Assembly: GCF_006345805.1 (NCBI RefSeq)
Contig: NC_042997.1
Coordinates: forward strand, 116,250,001 to 116,314,000
From: Octopus sinensis
Taxonomy: Eukaryota
Reading direction: 5' to 3'
DNA length: 64,000 nucleotides
Part shown: one piece after another, positions 12,959 through 24,885 of the stretch
Position numbering within the stretch: position 1 is the stretch's first letter
How the letters are laid out: every line of letters starts with the position of its first letter
The notes under the pieces: model-generated
Database searches by the model: none
What the model saw: only the letters and a program-made list of their open reading frames with translations
Told to the model about the DNA's origin: nothing
Made by a program: the position numbers and the translations under genes

Positions 12959-13494
12959 TGCCCGATGCAGTACCAGACAGTGGCTCTCGTGGCTTCTGAT
13001 CTTATGTACATTGTTTTGTTTTGGTATAAAAGATGGGCAACAGCAAATATTCTGCTCAATATCACAGATTTGCTTGTCAGTTGTTTGACCTTAACCAGTT
13101 GTGCATGTCCCTTAGTGGATGACAATATGTACATCTCTGACCATGAGCAGAAGTAGTGGGGGGAGCGTCATAGCCGTGTGTTGAAAAAATTCTTTGAGGT
13201 TTGGATAATTCACCTTTGGAAACATGGGTGTTTCGTTCAACATCCTTAAACAAACCTCTTATTCAGGGACCTTTTGAGCGGGATGGGTTACTCGACCAGA
13301 AGAAAATTCTAACTGGGCCCCACCTGCAAGGTCATGTGCTGTTTATCTTGATATGAGATCAGTATGTCGCGCACATATGGTTGTGATGCATGTGCCTAGT
13401 GTACCCTTATCAGACGGGTAGTCATGATGAGTATACTGAGCTTCGAATATTTTACCCCGGTGTCACTTTGATGGCATGCACTGCTCTCTCACTC
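12959..13494 (+). mobile_element. ~540-bp non-coding (TAA)n-flanked repeat element, copy 1
   Basis: tgccc.gatgcagtacc...ctgctctctcactc between (TAA)n tracts. Same termini as copies at 13582, 44654 and 59406. Confidence 0.85.
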
Positions 13495-13516
13495 AATAAT
13501 AATAATAATAATAATA

Positions 13517-13566
<50 letters not shown>

Positions 13567-13581
13567 TGATGATGATGATGA

Positions 13582-14116
13582 TGCCCGATGCAGTACCAGA
13601 CAGTGGCTCTCGTGGCTTCTGATCTTATGTACATTGTTTTGTTTTGGTATAAAAGATGGGCAACAGCAAATATTCTGCTCAATATCACAGATTTGCTTGT
13701 CAGTTGTTTGACCTTAACCAGTTGTGCATGTCCCTTAGTGGATGACAATATGTACATCTCTGACCATGAGCAGAAGTAGTGGGGGGAGCGTCATAGCCGT
13801 GTGTTGAAAAAATTCTTTGAGGTTTGGATAATTCACCTTTGAAACATGGGTGTTTCGTTCAACATCCTTAAACAAACCTCTTATTCAGGGACCTTTTGAG
13901 CGGGATGGGTTACTCGACCAGAAGAAAATTCTAACTGGGCCCCACCTGCAAGGTCATGTGCTGTTTATCTTGATATGAGATCAGTATGTCGCGCACATAT
14001 GGTTGTGATGCATGTGCCTAGTGTACCCTTATCAGACGGGTAGTCATGATGAGTATACTGGGCTTCGAATATTTTACCCCGGTGTCACTTTGATGGCATG
14101 CACTGCTCTCTCACTC
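13582..14116 (+). mobile_element. ~540-bp (TAA)n-flanked element, copy 2 (tandem duplicate of copy 1)
   Basis: About 2 differences from copy 1, and shares its ~20-bp internal deletion relative to copies 3 and 4. Confidence 0.85.
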
Positions 14117-14159
<43 letters not shown>

Positions 14160-14265
14160 TAAGCACAAAGACTGATATTTTATGGGAAGGGGTTAGCCCG
14201 TTACATCGACCTCAGTACATGACTGCACGTGATAAAAATAAGACTACTGAATAATAATAATAATA

Positions 14266-14308
<43 letters not shown>

Positions 14309-14309
<1 letters not shown>

Positions 14310-14945
14310 GAAACAATAAATCATATTATCTCTGGCTGCCCAGTCCTGGCTAAGAAGGAATATATTCACAGACACGACAGAGTTGGGACCTATATACACT
14401 GGAAGCTATGCCAACATTATGAAATAACAACAGAAAAAAGATGGTATAGGCACACACCAGAAAAGGTCACAGAAAACGAGAAAGCAACCATACTCTGGGA
14501 TATGCCAATACACACAGATAGAGAAATTAAGGCCAACAGACCAGATATAGTTGTCAGAGATCATGAAGAAAAAAATGCTTTCTAATTGATGTATCAATAC
14601 CAGCAGATGACAACGTGTCTCTAAAAGAAATGGAGAAACTTTCAAAATACAAAGACCTGGAAATAGAGGTAACCAGAATGTGGAATCTAAAAATAGAAAC
14701 AATTCCTATCATAATAGGTGCATTAGGCATGATAAAAAAATATTCAGACAAATACATAACAAAAACACCAGGACTTACAAACACATATAACATACAGAAA
14801 ATTGCACTACTAGGCACTGCACACATCCTACGCAGATCACTTTCCATACAGTAACCATCAGAGCATCACAACAAATCACAGCACATACCCAAGGCACACA
14901 GAACTGCGCTCGGTAGTGAAGTGAAAGCACGCTATAAAAAGAAAA
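14309..14945 (+). mobile_element. 5'-truncated R4/Dong-like LINE (family 1): CCHC end plus restriction-like endonuclease plus 3' UTR
   Basis: ETINHIISGC..YIHRHD..RPDIVV / IDVSIP..EKLSKY..IPIIIGALG..IQKIALLGTAHILRR. One frameshift in an A-run at ~14570. (TAA)n on both sides. Confidence 0.9.
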
Positions 14946-15443
14946 ATAATAATAAAAATAATAATAAGATGATGAAGAAGAAGAAGAAGAAGAAGAAGAA
15001 GAAGAAGAAGAAGAAGAAGAAGAAGAAGAAGAAGAAGAAGAAGAAGAAGAAGAAGAAGAACGGTGCTAATCTCAATTGTATGAGAGACATGCAGGAAACA
15101 AGACACTTCATGATCTCTGACAAAACTGATTAAGTCGAAGGCTTATTAAGTGCTATCGTTGTTGATTTACTTATGTTTCGTAGTTGGTGGAATATTTAGC
15201 TTGCATGCAAGCAAAGGAGATGTTCAAGGCGATCAAAGTACATAACATTTGTAATCCAACTAAATAAAGAAGATTTGTCCGGAGTGTGTTTAATTATAAG
15301 TGTGTTTAATTATTAGAAAAATTACACAACGAAGGCTGGAACACGACGAGAAGACCAGAAGGTTATTTGGAAGTAATCGATACGTATTCATCAAGCTAAA
15401 ACAAAATCTTTAAGACAAGAAATATAATAATAAATAATAATAA

Positions 15444-16078
15444 TAGAAACAATAAATCATATTATCTCTGGCTGCCCAGTCCTGGCTAAGAAGGAATATA
15501 TTCACAGACACGACAGAGTTGGGACCTATATACACTGGAAGCTATGCCAACATTATGAAATAACAACAGAAAAAAGATGGTATAGGCACACACCAGAAAA
15601 GGTCACAGAAAACGAGAAAGCAACCATACTCTGGGATATGCCAATACACACAGATAGAGAAATTAAGGCCAACAGACCAGATATAGTTGTCAGAGATCAT
15701 GAAGAAAAAATGCTTTCTAATTGATGTATCAATACCAGCAGATGACAACGTGTCTCTAAAAGAAATGGAGAAACTTTCAAAATACAAAGACCTGGAAATA
15801 GAGGTAACCAGAATGTGGAATCTAAAAACAGAAACAATTCCTATCATAATAGATGCATTAGGCATGATAAAAAAATATTCAGACAAATACATAACAAAAA
15901 CACCAGGACTTACAAACACATATAACATACAGAAAATTGCACTACTAGGCACTGCACACATCCTACGCAGATCACTTTCCATACAGTAACCATCAGAGCA
16001 TCACAACAAATCACAGCACATACCCAAGGCACACAGAACTGCGCTCGGTAGTGAAGTGAAAGCACGCTATAAAAAGAA
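15444..16078 (+). mobile_element. 5'-truncated R4/Dong-like LINE (family 1), duplicate copy
   Basis: Same truncation point and same downstream unique sequence as 14309-14945. Confidence 0.9.
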
Positions 16079-17074
16079 AAATAATAATAAAAATAATAAT
16101 AAGATGATGAAGAAGAAGAAGAAGAAGAAGAAGAAGAGAAGAAGAAGAAGAAGAAGAAGAAGAAGAAGAAGAAGAAGAAGAAGAAGAAGAAGAAGAAGAA
16201 GAAGAAGAAGAAGAGAAGAAGAAGAAAGAAGAAGAAGAAGAACGGTGCTAATCTCAATTGTATGAGAGACATGCAGGAAACAAGACACTTCATGATCTCT
16301 GACAAAACTGATTAAGTCGAAGGCTTATTAAGTGCTATCGTTGTTGATTTACTTATGTTTCGTAGTTGGTGGAATATTTAGCTTGCATGCAAGCAAAGGA
16401 GATGTTCAAGGCGATCAAAGTACATAACATTTGTAATCCAACTAAATAAAGAAGATTTTTCCGGAGTGTGTTTAATTATAAGTGTGTTTAATTATTAGAA
16501 AAATTACACAACGAAGGCTGGAACACGACGAGAAAGACCAGAAGGTTTATTTGGAAGTAATCGATACGTATTCATCAAGCTAAAACAAAATCTTTAAGAC
16601 AAGAAATATAATAATAAAATAATGGAGAGAATGAATATGCTTTGTGATTTCAACTGAATGAACAAATGGTTGTTACCATGGAGACTAATTGGATGATAGA
16701 CAAAAAGAAAAAAAAGAGCAAGGAAATAATAAAAATAATATTATAATTGTAGCAGAGAAGCGGTGACTAAGCAACGAGAATGAGAGATAGATGCATTAGC
16801 TTACCTGCAAAATCATTGAATCAGAGATTTAGAACAGTAACGGCAACAACAACAACAACAGATATGATAATAACAAATTACGACAGTGACGTCAACAACA
16901 ATAACAACATGAATAACATAATTGTGTTGTTGAATGTAATTAAAAGGCGTCTGTGTGCGTATGTATGTGTGTGTATGTATATGTGTGTAGATGTGTACGT
17001 GTGCGTATGTATGTGTGTATGTGTTCGTGTGTATCGCCTTGTAATCATATATTCTGGACCGATATAAAGACGGT

Positions 17075-17255
17075 CTCAAATTTTGGCACAGGGGCAGCAG
17101 TTTTTTTGCGGAGAGAGGGAAGTCGGTCGCCTCGACCTCCGTACATGACTGGTACCTATTTCATCGACTCCCGAGAGGATAAAAGGTAAAGTCGACCTCG
17201 GCGGAATTTGAACTCAGGACGTAACGGCAGACGAAATGCTACTAAGCATTTTGTC
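17075..17255 (-). mobile_element. SINE family A, partial
   Basis: aaagtcgacctcggcggaatttgaactcag...gcagacgaaatgctactaagcattt. Confidence 0.85.
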
Positions 17256-17437
17256 GATAATGCAAATTAAACTAATTTGAATGTACACAGACACACCTAC
17301 ATACACACGCATGGACACACTCACATACATACACACATAATACAAACATACATACATACATACATACATACATACATACATACATACATACATACATACA
17401 TACATACATACATACATACATACATACATGCATACAT

Positions 17438-17970
17438 GTAATTATTGGGGCTCTAGGATATGTAACACACTGCCTAAATACCAATCTTGAGAAATTAGGA
17501 TTCATAAAACCAGAAACAAGAAAGCTAATTCGAAGACAACAGATCCAATTCATCGCTGGAACTGTAAAAATCTGTAAAACTTTCCAGAAGTTTATCATTT
17601 AAATATATATGAGCATGTCTAGATATGCAACTACATACATAAAACAAAACATACAAATCTACGCATATACATACATATGTACGTACATAAATACATATAT
17701 ACGTACATACACACACACATACATACGTACATACATACACGCATACATACATACTTACATACATACATATATACATACACATATACATACATACATACAT
17801 ACATACATACATACATACATACATACATACATACATACATACGTACGTACGTACATACAAAAATACCCTGTTGTTGCTGTTGAAATTCCAATGAAAGAGC
17901 CTTGGATCTAGGTTAGAAACCGGTTCTTTCTTTATTGAAAAGAAATCTTGAAATAAAATCGAACAATGAT
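17438..17970 (+). mobile_element. 3' end of an RLE-type LINE (family 4) embedded in (CATA)n
   Basis: Translates VIIGALGYVTHCLNTNLEKLGFIKPETRKLIRRQQIQFIAGTVKICKTFQKFII*. The 3' UTR contains an internal CATA-rich tract and ends aaatcttgaaataaaa..gaa.aatga before CATA repeats. Confidence 0.75.
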
Positions 17971-18288
17971 ATCCATACATGCATACATGTGTATATGTAT
18001 GTGTGTGCGAGTGCGTTGTATACCTGTGCATGAATGCATGCATGTATGTGCGAACATATGTGTGTATGTCTTTTTTTCCATACCTGCCAGGTCTGACGAG
18101 CACATGGTGTTACCTAACGGGGTTGTTATCTACCATCGGATTTAATACTCAGTGCAAAACCAGGTCGTAGAGGATAATACTGTACATTTAATACTGCACA
18201 GGATAATACTGTACAGTATAATACCGTACAATTTGTTTAATTTTTTTCCTACTCTACTGACAAATATACGGGTGCATATTCTTTCTTT

Positions 18289-18696
18289 TTCTTTATTCTT
18301 TTATTTGTTTCATTCATTTGACTGCGGCCATGCTGGAGCACCGCCTTTAGTCGAGCAAATCGACCCCGGGACTTATTCTTTGTAAGCCCAGTACTTATTC
18401 TATCGGTCTCTTTTGCCGAACCGCTAAGTGACGGGGACGTAAACACACCAGCATCGGTTGTCAGGCAATGCTAGGGGGACAAACACAGACACACAAACAC
18501 ACACGCATATATATATATATATATACATATATACGACAGGCTTCTTTCAGTTTCCGTCTACCAAATCCACTCACAAGGCATTGGTCGGCCCGGGGCTATA
18601 GCAGAAGACACTTGCCCAAGGTGCCACGCAGTGGGACTGAACCCGGAACCATGTGGTTGGTAAGCAAGCTACTTACCACACAGCCACTCCTGCGTC
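18289..18696 (-). mobile_element. SINE family B, full length (reference copy)
   Basis: tRNA-like head with A box (tggctgtgtgg) and B-box-like gggttcagtcc, CORE-like accttgggcaagt, internal (TA)n, tail ggcggtgctccagcatggccgcagtc...gaaac...(aataaaag). Confidence 0.9.
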
Positions 18697-18766
18697 TATG
18701 TTAAAGATCCACGTTAAATTGGATATTATGAATACCTTTTGATATAAAATTGGTTCTGACGCTATT

Positions 18767-18834
<68 letters not shown>

Positions 18835-19095
18835 TTTATATTTTACTGATTTCAGTTTCAGGCTGAGGTCATGCTGGAGTACCGCTTTTCAGTGTATTTG
18901 ATATTCTTGTCTGTACAGTTCCTGGGGGAAATAGCGAGTTGGTCCGAACTGCTCTTCTTTGTACCTTGTACCCCGATATAGGTTCATCTGGTATTACAGG
19001 AATGGATTTGTCCAGAAGTTCTTTGGCAACTTCCACATCTACACCTTGCAAGTCTTTTAGGCTGTTTGGCAGAATGTTGAGCAGTTGGGGGCCCT
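18835..19095 (-). pseudogene. CR1-group LINE 3' end
   Basis: [38 protein letters not shown]...RRAVRTNSL (GP.LFN.LP ... LDK.L..IPDEP motif). 3' UTR ends gcggtactccagcatgacc...ctgaaa. Confidence 0.8.
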
Positions 19096-19142
19096 ACTCA
19101 CACACACACACGCACACACACGTAGACGTATATGTGTGCATG

Positions 19143-19180
<38 letters not shown>

Positions 19181-19238
19181 AATATATATATATATGTATA
19201 ACTATGTATATATGTATAATACATGCGTGATGTGTGTT

Positions 19239-19282
<44 letters not shown>

Positions 19283-19410
19283 AATATATATATATATACA
19301 TATATATATATATGTACATATATATGTGTATATATATATATGTGTGTATACTGTGCATGTATATATGCACACTGTGTATAAATACATAGACATAGACACA
19401 CACAGACAGG

Positions 19411-19457
<47 letters not shown>

Positions 19458-20063
19458 CGAGCTACAGAGATGGGTGAGACTAGTGAATGTGAGAGATACG
19501 TGTGTATGTGAAAGGCAATTTTTTTGTTTTGTCTTGTATTTACATGCCATCACTTATTTCCAACTCTTCGTTTCGTACCAATATAACTTAATCTGTAAAC
19601 ACGTTTAATGAAAGCGAAGTACATACCAATTTGTTCATCTAACTCCCCCGGGGGACATCGGCATTAGTACTTGCTTAGCCAGGATTCTTCTTGAAAATGT
19701 AATGAATTGGTGAAAGAAAGAAACCGTCGAACTATAAAGAAATAATAAAAATAAATGGGGAACACAAAGCTGATTACGGAAGACTAAGAAGATTTCCTTC
19801 AAGGAATTTTCATTTTAGTCCTGCATTTTCTGTGTAGACAGAATTGTTTCCTGTAGCTCCCCGTGTTGTTGATGTTGTAGTTGTTGATGTTGCTGTTACT
19901 GCCGCAAGTATTATAATAGGTCATTGGGAAAGATATTAACTCAACAAAGAAGTCACCATTATTAGTATTTTTATTATTTTTCCTTCTTTCTTCAAATTTT
20001 CTTCCGTTTCTCGCCGAGTGTTTTCCGTACACCGAGGGCAGAGAAGCTCATTATATGCATTCC

Positions 20064-20154
<91 letters not shown>

Positions 20155-20170
20155 GTCGTTGTTGTTGTTA

Positions 20171-20580
20171 AGGTGGCGAGCTGGCAAAATCGTTAGCACT
20201 CCGGGCGAAATGCTTAGCGATGTGTGGTCTGTCTTCACTTTCTGAGTTCAAGTTCCGCAGAGCTCGACTTTGCCTTTCATCCTTTCGGGGTCGATAAAGT
20301 AAGTAACAGTTGCGTACTGAGGTCGATCTAATCGACTTGCCCCCTCCCCTAAAATTCGGGCCTTGTGCCAAGAGTAAAAAAGAAACGTTAGCACGCCGGA
20401 CGAAATGCTTAGCGGTAGTTCGTCTGTCTTTATGTTCTGAGTTCAAATTCCGCCGAGGTCGAATTTGCCTGTCATCCTTTCGGGGTCGATAAATTAAGTA
20501 CCAGTTCAGTAATGGGGCCGATGTAATCGACCTGCCCCTTCCCCCTAAATTTCAGGTCTTCTGCCTATAGTAGAAGAGAT
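20171..20580 (+). mobile_element. Two tandem SINE family A copies
   Basis: Heads at 20171 and ~20383, both with the gcct(t/g)tcatcctttcggggtcgataaa domain. Confidence 0.9.
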
Positions 20581-20791
20581 TCTACTGGGGCATCATCTTG
20601 AAGTGTTTAGTCGAACAAAAATTTATTAAACGAGGTATCTATTCTGTTTTGCGGAAACCCTAGGTTACGGGGACGTAAACAAACCAACACTAGTTGGCGG
20701 TGGTGAGGACAAGCACAAACTCACACACGCCTGTCACTTTCTCAATATATATGTGTGTATAAATATGTGTGTATAAATATATGTGTACGTG

Positions 20792-20882
<91 letters not shown>

Positions 20883-20904
20883 GCATATATATATATATAT
20901 ATGC

Positions 20905-20949
<45 letters not shown>

Positions 20950-20950
20950 C

Positions 20951-21016
<66 letters not shown>

Positions 21017-21024
21017 GCATATAC

Positions 21025-21101
<77 letters not shown>

Positions 21102-21124
21102 GTAGTAGGTAGCAATTTTCTTCG

Positions 21125-21463
21125 CTACTTCAGGGAGTGACAACCCTGCCTGACACGAGTCCCCAGCTCAGATGGCTCTGGCTGAAAGTACCCGGTATGG
21201 GCCCCTTTCCAGGGTTACGGAAATCCTGAGTGGAGCCCCGTAGGCGGTTTAGTGTTCGACTCGACACTCTTCCGGCAGGTCCTGCAACCAAGCTGGTGCT
21301 AAACGTAATGTTCTGCACTCCTTTGGACTACGTCAGCAAGGTCGAGAGAGGAATCCTGACGATTGGGCTACTCAGGATTTTCTTACATCTAGCCCAGGTC
21401 TGCGCAAAACTAGAGCGGATACGCAACTCCATTGTCTCCAGAGTCAAAAGGATGCCAACAACA
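21125..21463 (+). mobile_element. Bipartite non-autonomous RTE derivative (RTE 5' UTR fused to RTE 3' end)
   Basis: GC-rich island with aaatcctgagtggagccc...ttccggcaggtcctgcaaccaagctggtgctaaacgtaatgttctgcactcctttggactacgtcagcaag (resembles RTE 5' UTRs as I recall them). Ends ctccattgtctcc...aggatgcc(aac)n. No ORF. Confidence 0.65.
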
Positions 21464-21580
21464 ATATAAATACACGATGGACTTCCACACAGTTTCCATC
21501 GAACAAATCCACTCAGAAAAGCATTAGCTGGTCTAGGTATATAGTAGAAGACTCTTGCCGAAGGTATCACGGAAGGATAA

Positions 21581-21970
21581 GGATGCGAGCTGGCAGAATC
21601 GCTAGCACACCAGACGAAATGCTTAGCGGTATTTCGTCTGCTGCTACGACTTTGCCTTTCATCCTTTCGGGGTCGATTAAATAAGTACCAATTACGCACT
21701 GGGGTCGATATAATCGACTTAATTCGTTTGTCTGTCCTTGTTTGTTCTCTCTGTGTTTAGCCCCTTGTGGGTAGTAAAGAATAGGTATTTCGTCTGCCAC
21801 TACGTTCTGAGTTCAAATTCCGCCGAGGTCGACTTCGCCTTTCATCCTTTCGGGGTCGATAAATTAAGTACCAGTTACGCACTGGGGTCGATATAATCGA
21901 CTTAATCCGTTTGTCTGTCCTTGTTTGTCCCTTCTGTGTGTAGCCACTTGTGGGTAGTAAAGAAAAAGGT
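21581..21970 (+). mobile_element. SINE family A dimer (head plus two body units)
   Basis: The second unit starts at ggtatttcgtctg (~21784), right after ...gtgggtagtaaagaata. Confidence 0.9.
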
Positions 21971-22669
21971 ATTACTGAAGGAGTCTGAACCTGAAACCAC
22001 GTAAATACAAAGTAAGATTCTTCACCATACAGCTATATCTGCACCTATTCTTAACAGCACAAAACTAACCAAAGGATATCTGCAAACTTCGTCTGTTTAA
22101 ATTATTTTCTCCATCTGCGCAACAATTCCACCACAAGCCAGAACCAAATTGTCATTAAATCTGGAATCAATCATTCAGATAAATATTTTATATATATTAT
22201 TGCCCTTTTTCTTTTAAGTTACTTGTCTATTTCAATTCCATTTTACCAATAACTGTTGTCATAGCAACCTCAATAGCTTCCCAAATCCCATCACCACCAC
22301 CACCACAACCACCACCACCACCACCACCACCTGTTCTCTCCTTTCTTCATTTCTCCCTAATACTTTTATCCTATTTCTTCCTGACAAACTGCCAATGCCT
22401 TGGCGTTGAAGACCTCTATCACCTCTAGTTTCAAAGAAGCTTTATTCTAAGATCTGTTATCAAAACAGAAGCATAAATGTCTATTAAAGCGAGTGCATAC
22501 TTAGAATTATCCATACGTATGCACCCAACAGCGTTTGTCACGTGGTGGTGGTGGGAAACACGTACACACATACACACATACGCACACACACGCACACATA
22601 CACACATATATATGTATGTGTGTATAAATATATATGTATGAGTGTGTGTATGTATATATCTATGTGTGT

Positions 22670-22885
22670 GTGTGTGTCTTTGTTTCTGTGTTTGTCACCG
22701 CTTGACAACGAGTGTTGGTTTGTTTACGTTCCTGCAATTAGCAGTGCTGCAAAAAGTTACCAATAAAATAAGTACTAGGCGTTAAAAAAATGTCCTGGGC
22801 TCTATTTGCTCGGCTAAAACCTTCAAGGTGGTGCTCCAGCATGACCGCAGTCAAATGACTGAAACAAGTAAAAGAATAAAAGATT
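22670..22885 (+). mobile_element. SINE family B, 3' half
   Basis: cgcttgacaac...aataagtactagg...ggtggtgctccagcatgaccgcagtcaaatgactgaaacaagtaaaaga. Confidence 0.8.
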
Positions 22886-22929
22886 ATAAACGTGCACACA
22901 TTTGTCTGTTCAAATATTCTATTATTCTG

Positions 22930-23220
22930 TTATTATTCTATAATCAGTTTCAGCCAGAGGCTTTGCCATGCTGGAGCACCACTATTAACGCTAATGCTTG
23001 TACATTATAGACTCACTTCCCGGTTCTGTCTCTGGTATCACTCTTGGGGAAGTTGTGAGTTGGAAGGAGATGCTCTTAGCGTTTCTTGCTGTGATGTGAC
23101 TTCCTCCGGTATAACAGATAATTATTCGTCTGATTGTTTTTAACACGTCCACATCTACATTTCGTAAATCTCTGAGGTCTTTCTGGAGAATTAGTAAAAC
23201 GTTGTGTTCTTATGAAGCCT
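22930..23220 (-). pseudogene. CR1-group LINE 3' end, older copy
   Basis: Frame-broken KDLRDLRNVDVDVLK...LSVIPEE...SNS, homologous to 18835-19095. Tail ggtgctccagcatggc...ctgaaac. Confidence 0.65.
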
Positions 23221-23290
23221 AAGATGTTACAGTATTGCCTTCGTGCTATAGGCAGAGAAGACAGGATCTTTGGTACTATGCAGTGATAAA

Positions 23291-23558
23291 AGGCGGCGAG
23301 CTGGCAGAAACGTTAGCACGCCGGGCGAAATGCGTAGCCGTATTTCGTCTGCCGTTACGTTCTGAGTTCAAATTCCGCCGAGGTTGACTTTGCCTTTCAT
23401 CCTTTCAGGGTCGATAAATTAAGTACCAGTTAAGCACTGGGGTCGATGTAATCGACTTAATCTGTTTGTCTGTCCTTGTTTGTCCTCTCTGTGTTTAGCC
23501 CCTTGTGGGTAATAAAGAAATAGGTATTTCGTCTGCCGCTACGTTTTGAGTTCAAAAT
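23291..23558 (+). mobile_element. SINE family A with the start of a second body unit
   Basis: ...gtgggtaataaagaaatag followed by gtatttcgtctgccgctacg (~23523). Confidence 0.9.
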
Positions 23559-23986
23559 GATACTAGATACGTTTATCATCACCCTCCTCATCAGTTTTAA
23601 CGTCCACTTCCGCATACTTGCATGGGTCAGACGAAATACAAACATAGCTTGCTCGCTAGCTAGCTATATTGATTGATATACATGCTAAAAGAGGTACCTG
23701 GCGTTGTTCTGAATGCCGAATAGAGAATACATAGAATTATTTGATTGACTTAGAGCAAATTTTCATGTACTATTTTGTATGTACTTACAGTTGCACATGT
23801 CTTATTATTGTAGTTCAGGTACATCTATAAAGCTGACATTGTCTGTTTCCATGATGTGTGAAGTTACTGAGACTGTGATTATTCTTAGTTAACATTTTTG
23901 TGACTTAAAATACTATCTTTATGGCTTACTCTTCATATTTTCCAGTAATTTTAAATTAATATGCAACACACAAAATAGATGTTTTA

Positions 23987-24201
23987 CGAGGTGGTGCTGA
24001 AAAGTTCCTGGCTTTGGGTAAAAGAAAACACCGGAGGATCAGTTAATTATGAGTTTATATAACATATTCTTCCCATCTCAAATTTACACACTTATCGCAG
24101 CGGTCCTTCAGTTTTTCTAAACCCTTTCAAAGAAATCGGAAGGCCTCCAACCAGGCCTTTTGTGATACCCTTAAAGCCAGGAACTTTTCAGCGCCCTCTT
24201 G
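23987..24201. mobile_element. Tc1/mariner-type MITE
   Basis: TA | cgaggtggtgctgaaaagttcctggcttt ... aaagccaggaacttttcagcgccctcttg | TA: ~29-bp TIRs and TA duplication. Confidence 0.85.
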
Positions 24202-24441
24202 TATACAACAAGAGCTCTGAAGAAGTAAATATCTCTAATTCTATGTATTTGTGTTTTTAATGGTAGAATATCTCGTAGTCAGCGTGTAGATGACCGCCAG
24301 ATGTACTTGAACTTGGATGTTCAACTACATCGTCCATGAAGTTGCTGTGTTACGAGGTTTGATCAAAAAGTATATGGGTTGTTTTTATAGCACCAGTTCC
24401 GATATTTTTTTTAATTATTACAACTCATAGATAGCAAGTTA

Positions 24442-24885
24442 AAGCGGCGAGCTGGCAGAAACTTTAGCACACCGGGCGAAATGCTTAGCGGTATTTCGTC
24501 TGTTGCTGCGTTCTGAATTCAAATTCCGCCGAGGTCGACTTCACCTTTCATTCTTTCGGGGTTGATAAATTAAGTTCCAGTTGCGTACTGGGGTTGATCT
24601 AATCGACTGGGCCCCTCCTCTAAAATTTCGGGCATTATGCCTAGAGTAGAAAAGAATATTTTAAATAAGGCGGCGAGCTGGCAGAAACGTTAACACGCCG
24701 GGCGAATGCTTAGCGGTATTTCGTCTGTCCTTGTGTTCTGAGTTCAAATTCCGCCGAGGTCGAATTCGCCTTTCATCCTTTAGGGGTCGATAAATTAAGT
24801 ACCATTTGTGTATTGGGGTCGATCTAATCGACTGGCCCCTTCCCAGAAAATTTCAGGCCTTGTGTCTAGAGTAGAAAAGAATAGT
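24442..24885 (+). mobile_element. Two full-length tandem SINE family A copies
   Basis: Heads at ~24443 and ~24669, both ending ctagagtagaaaagaa. Confidence 0.9.
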
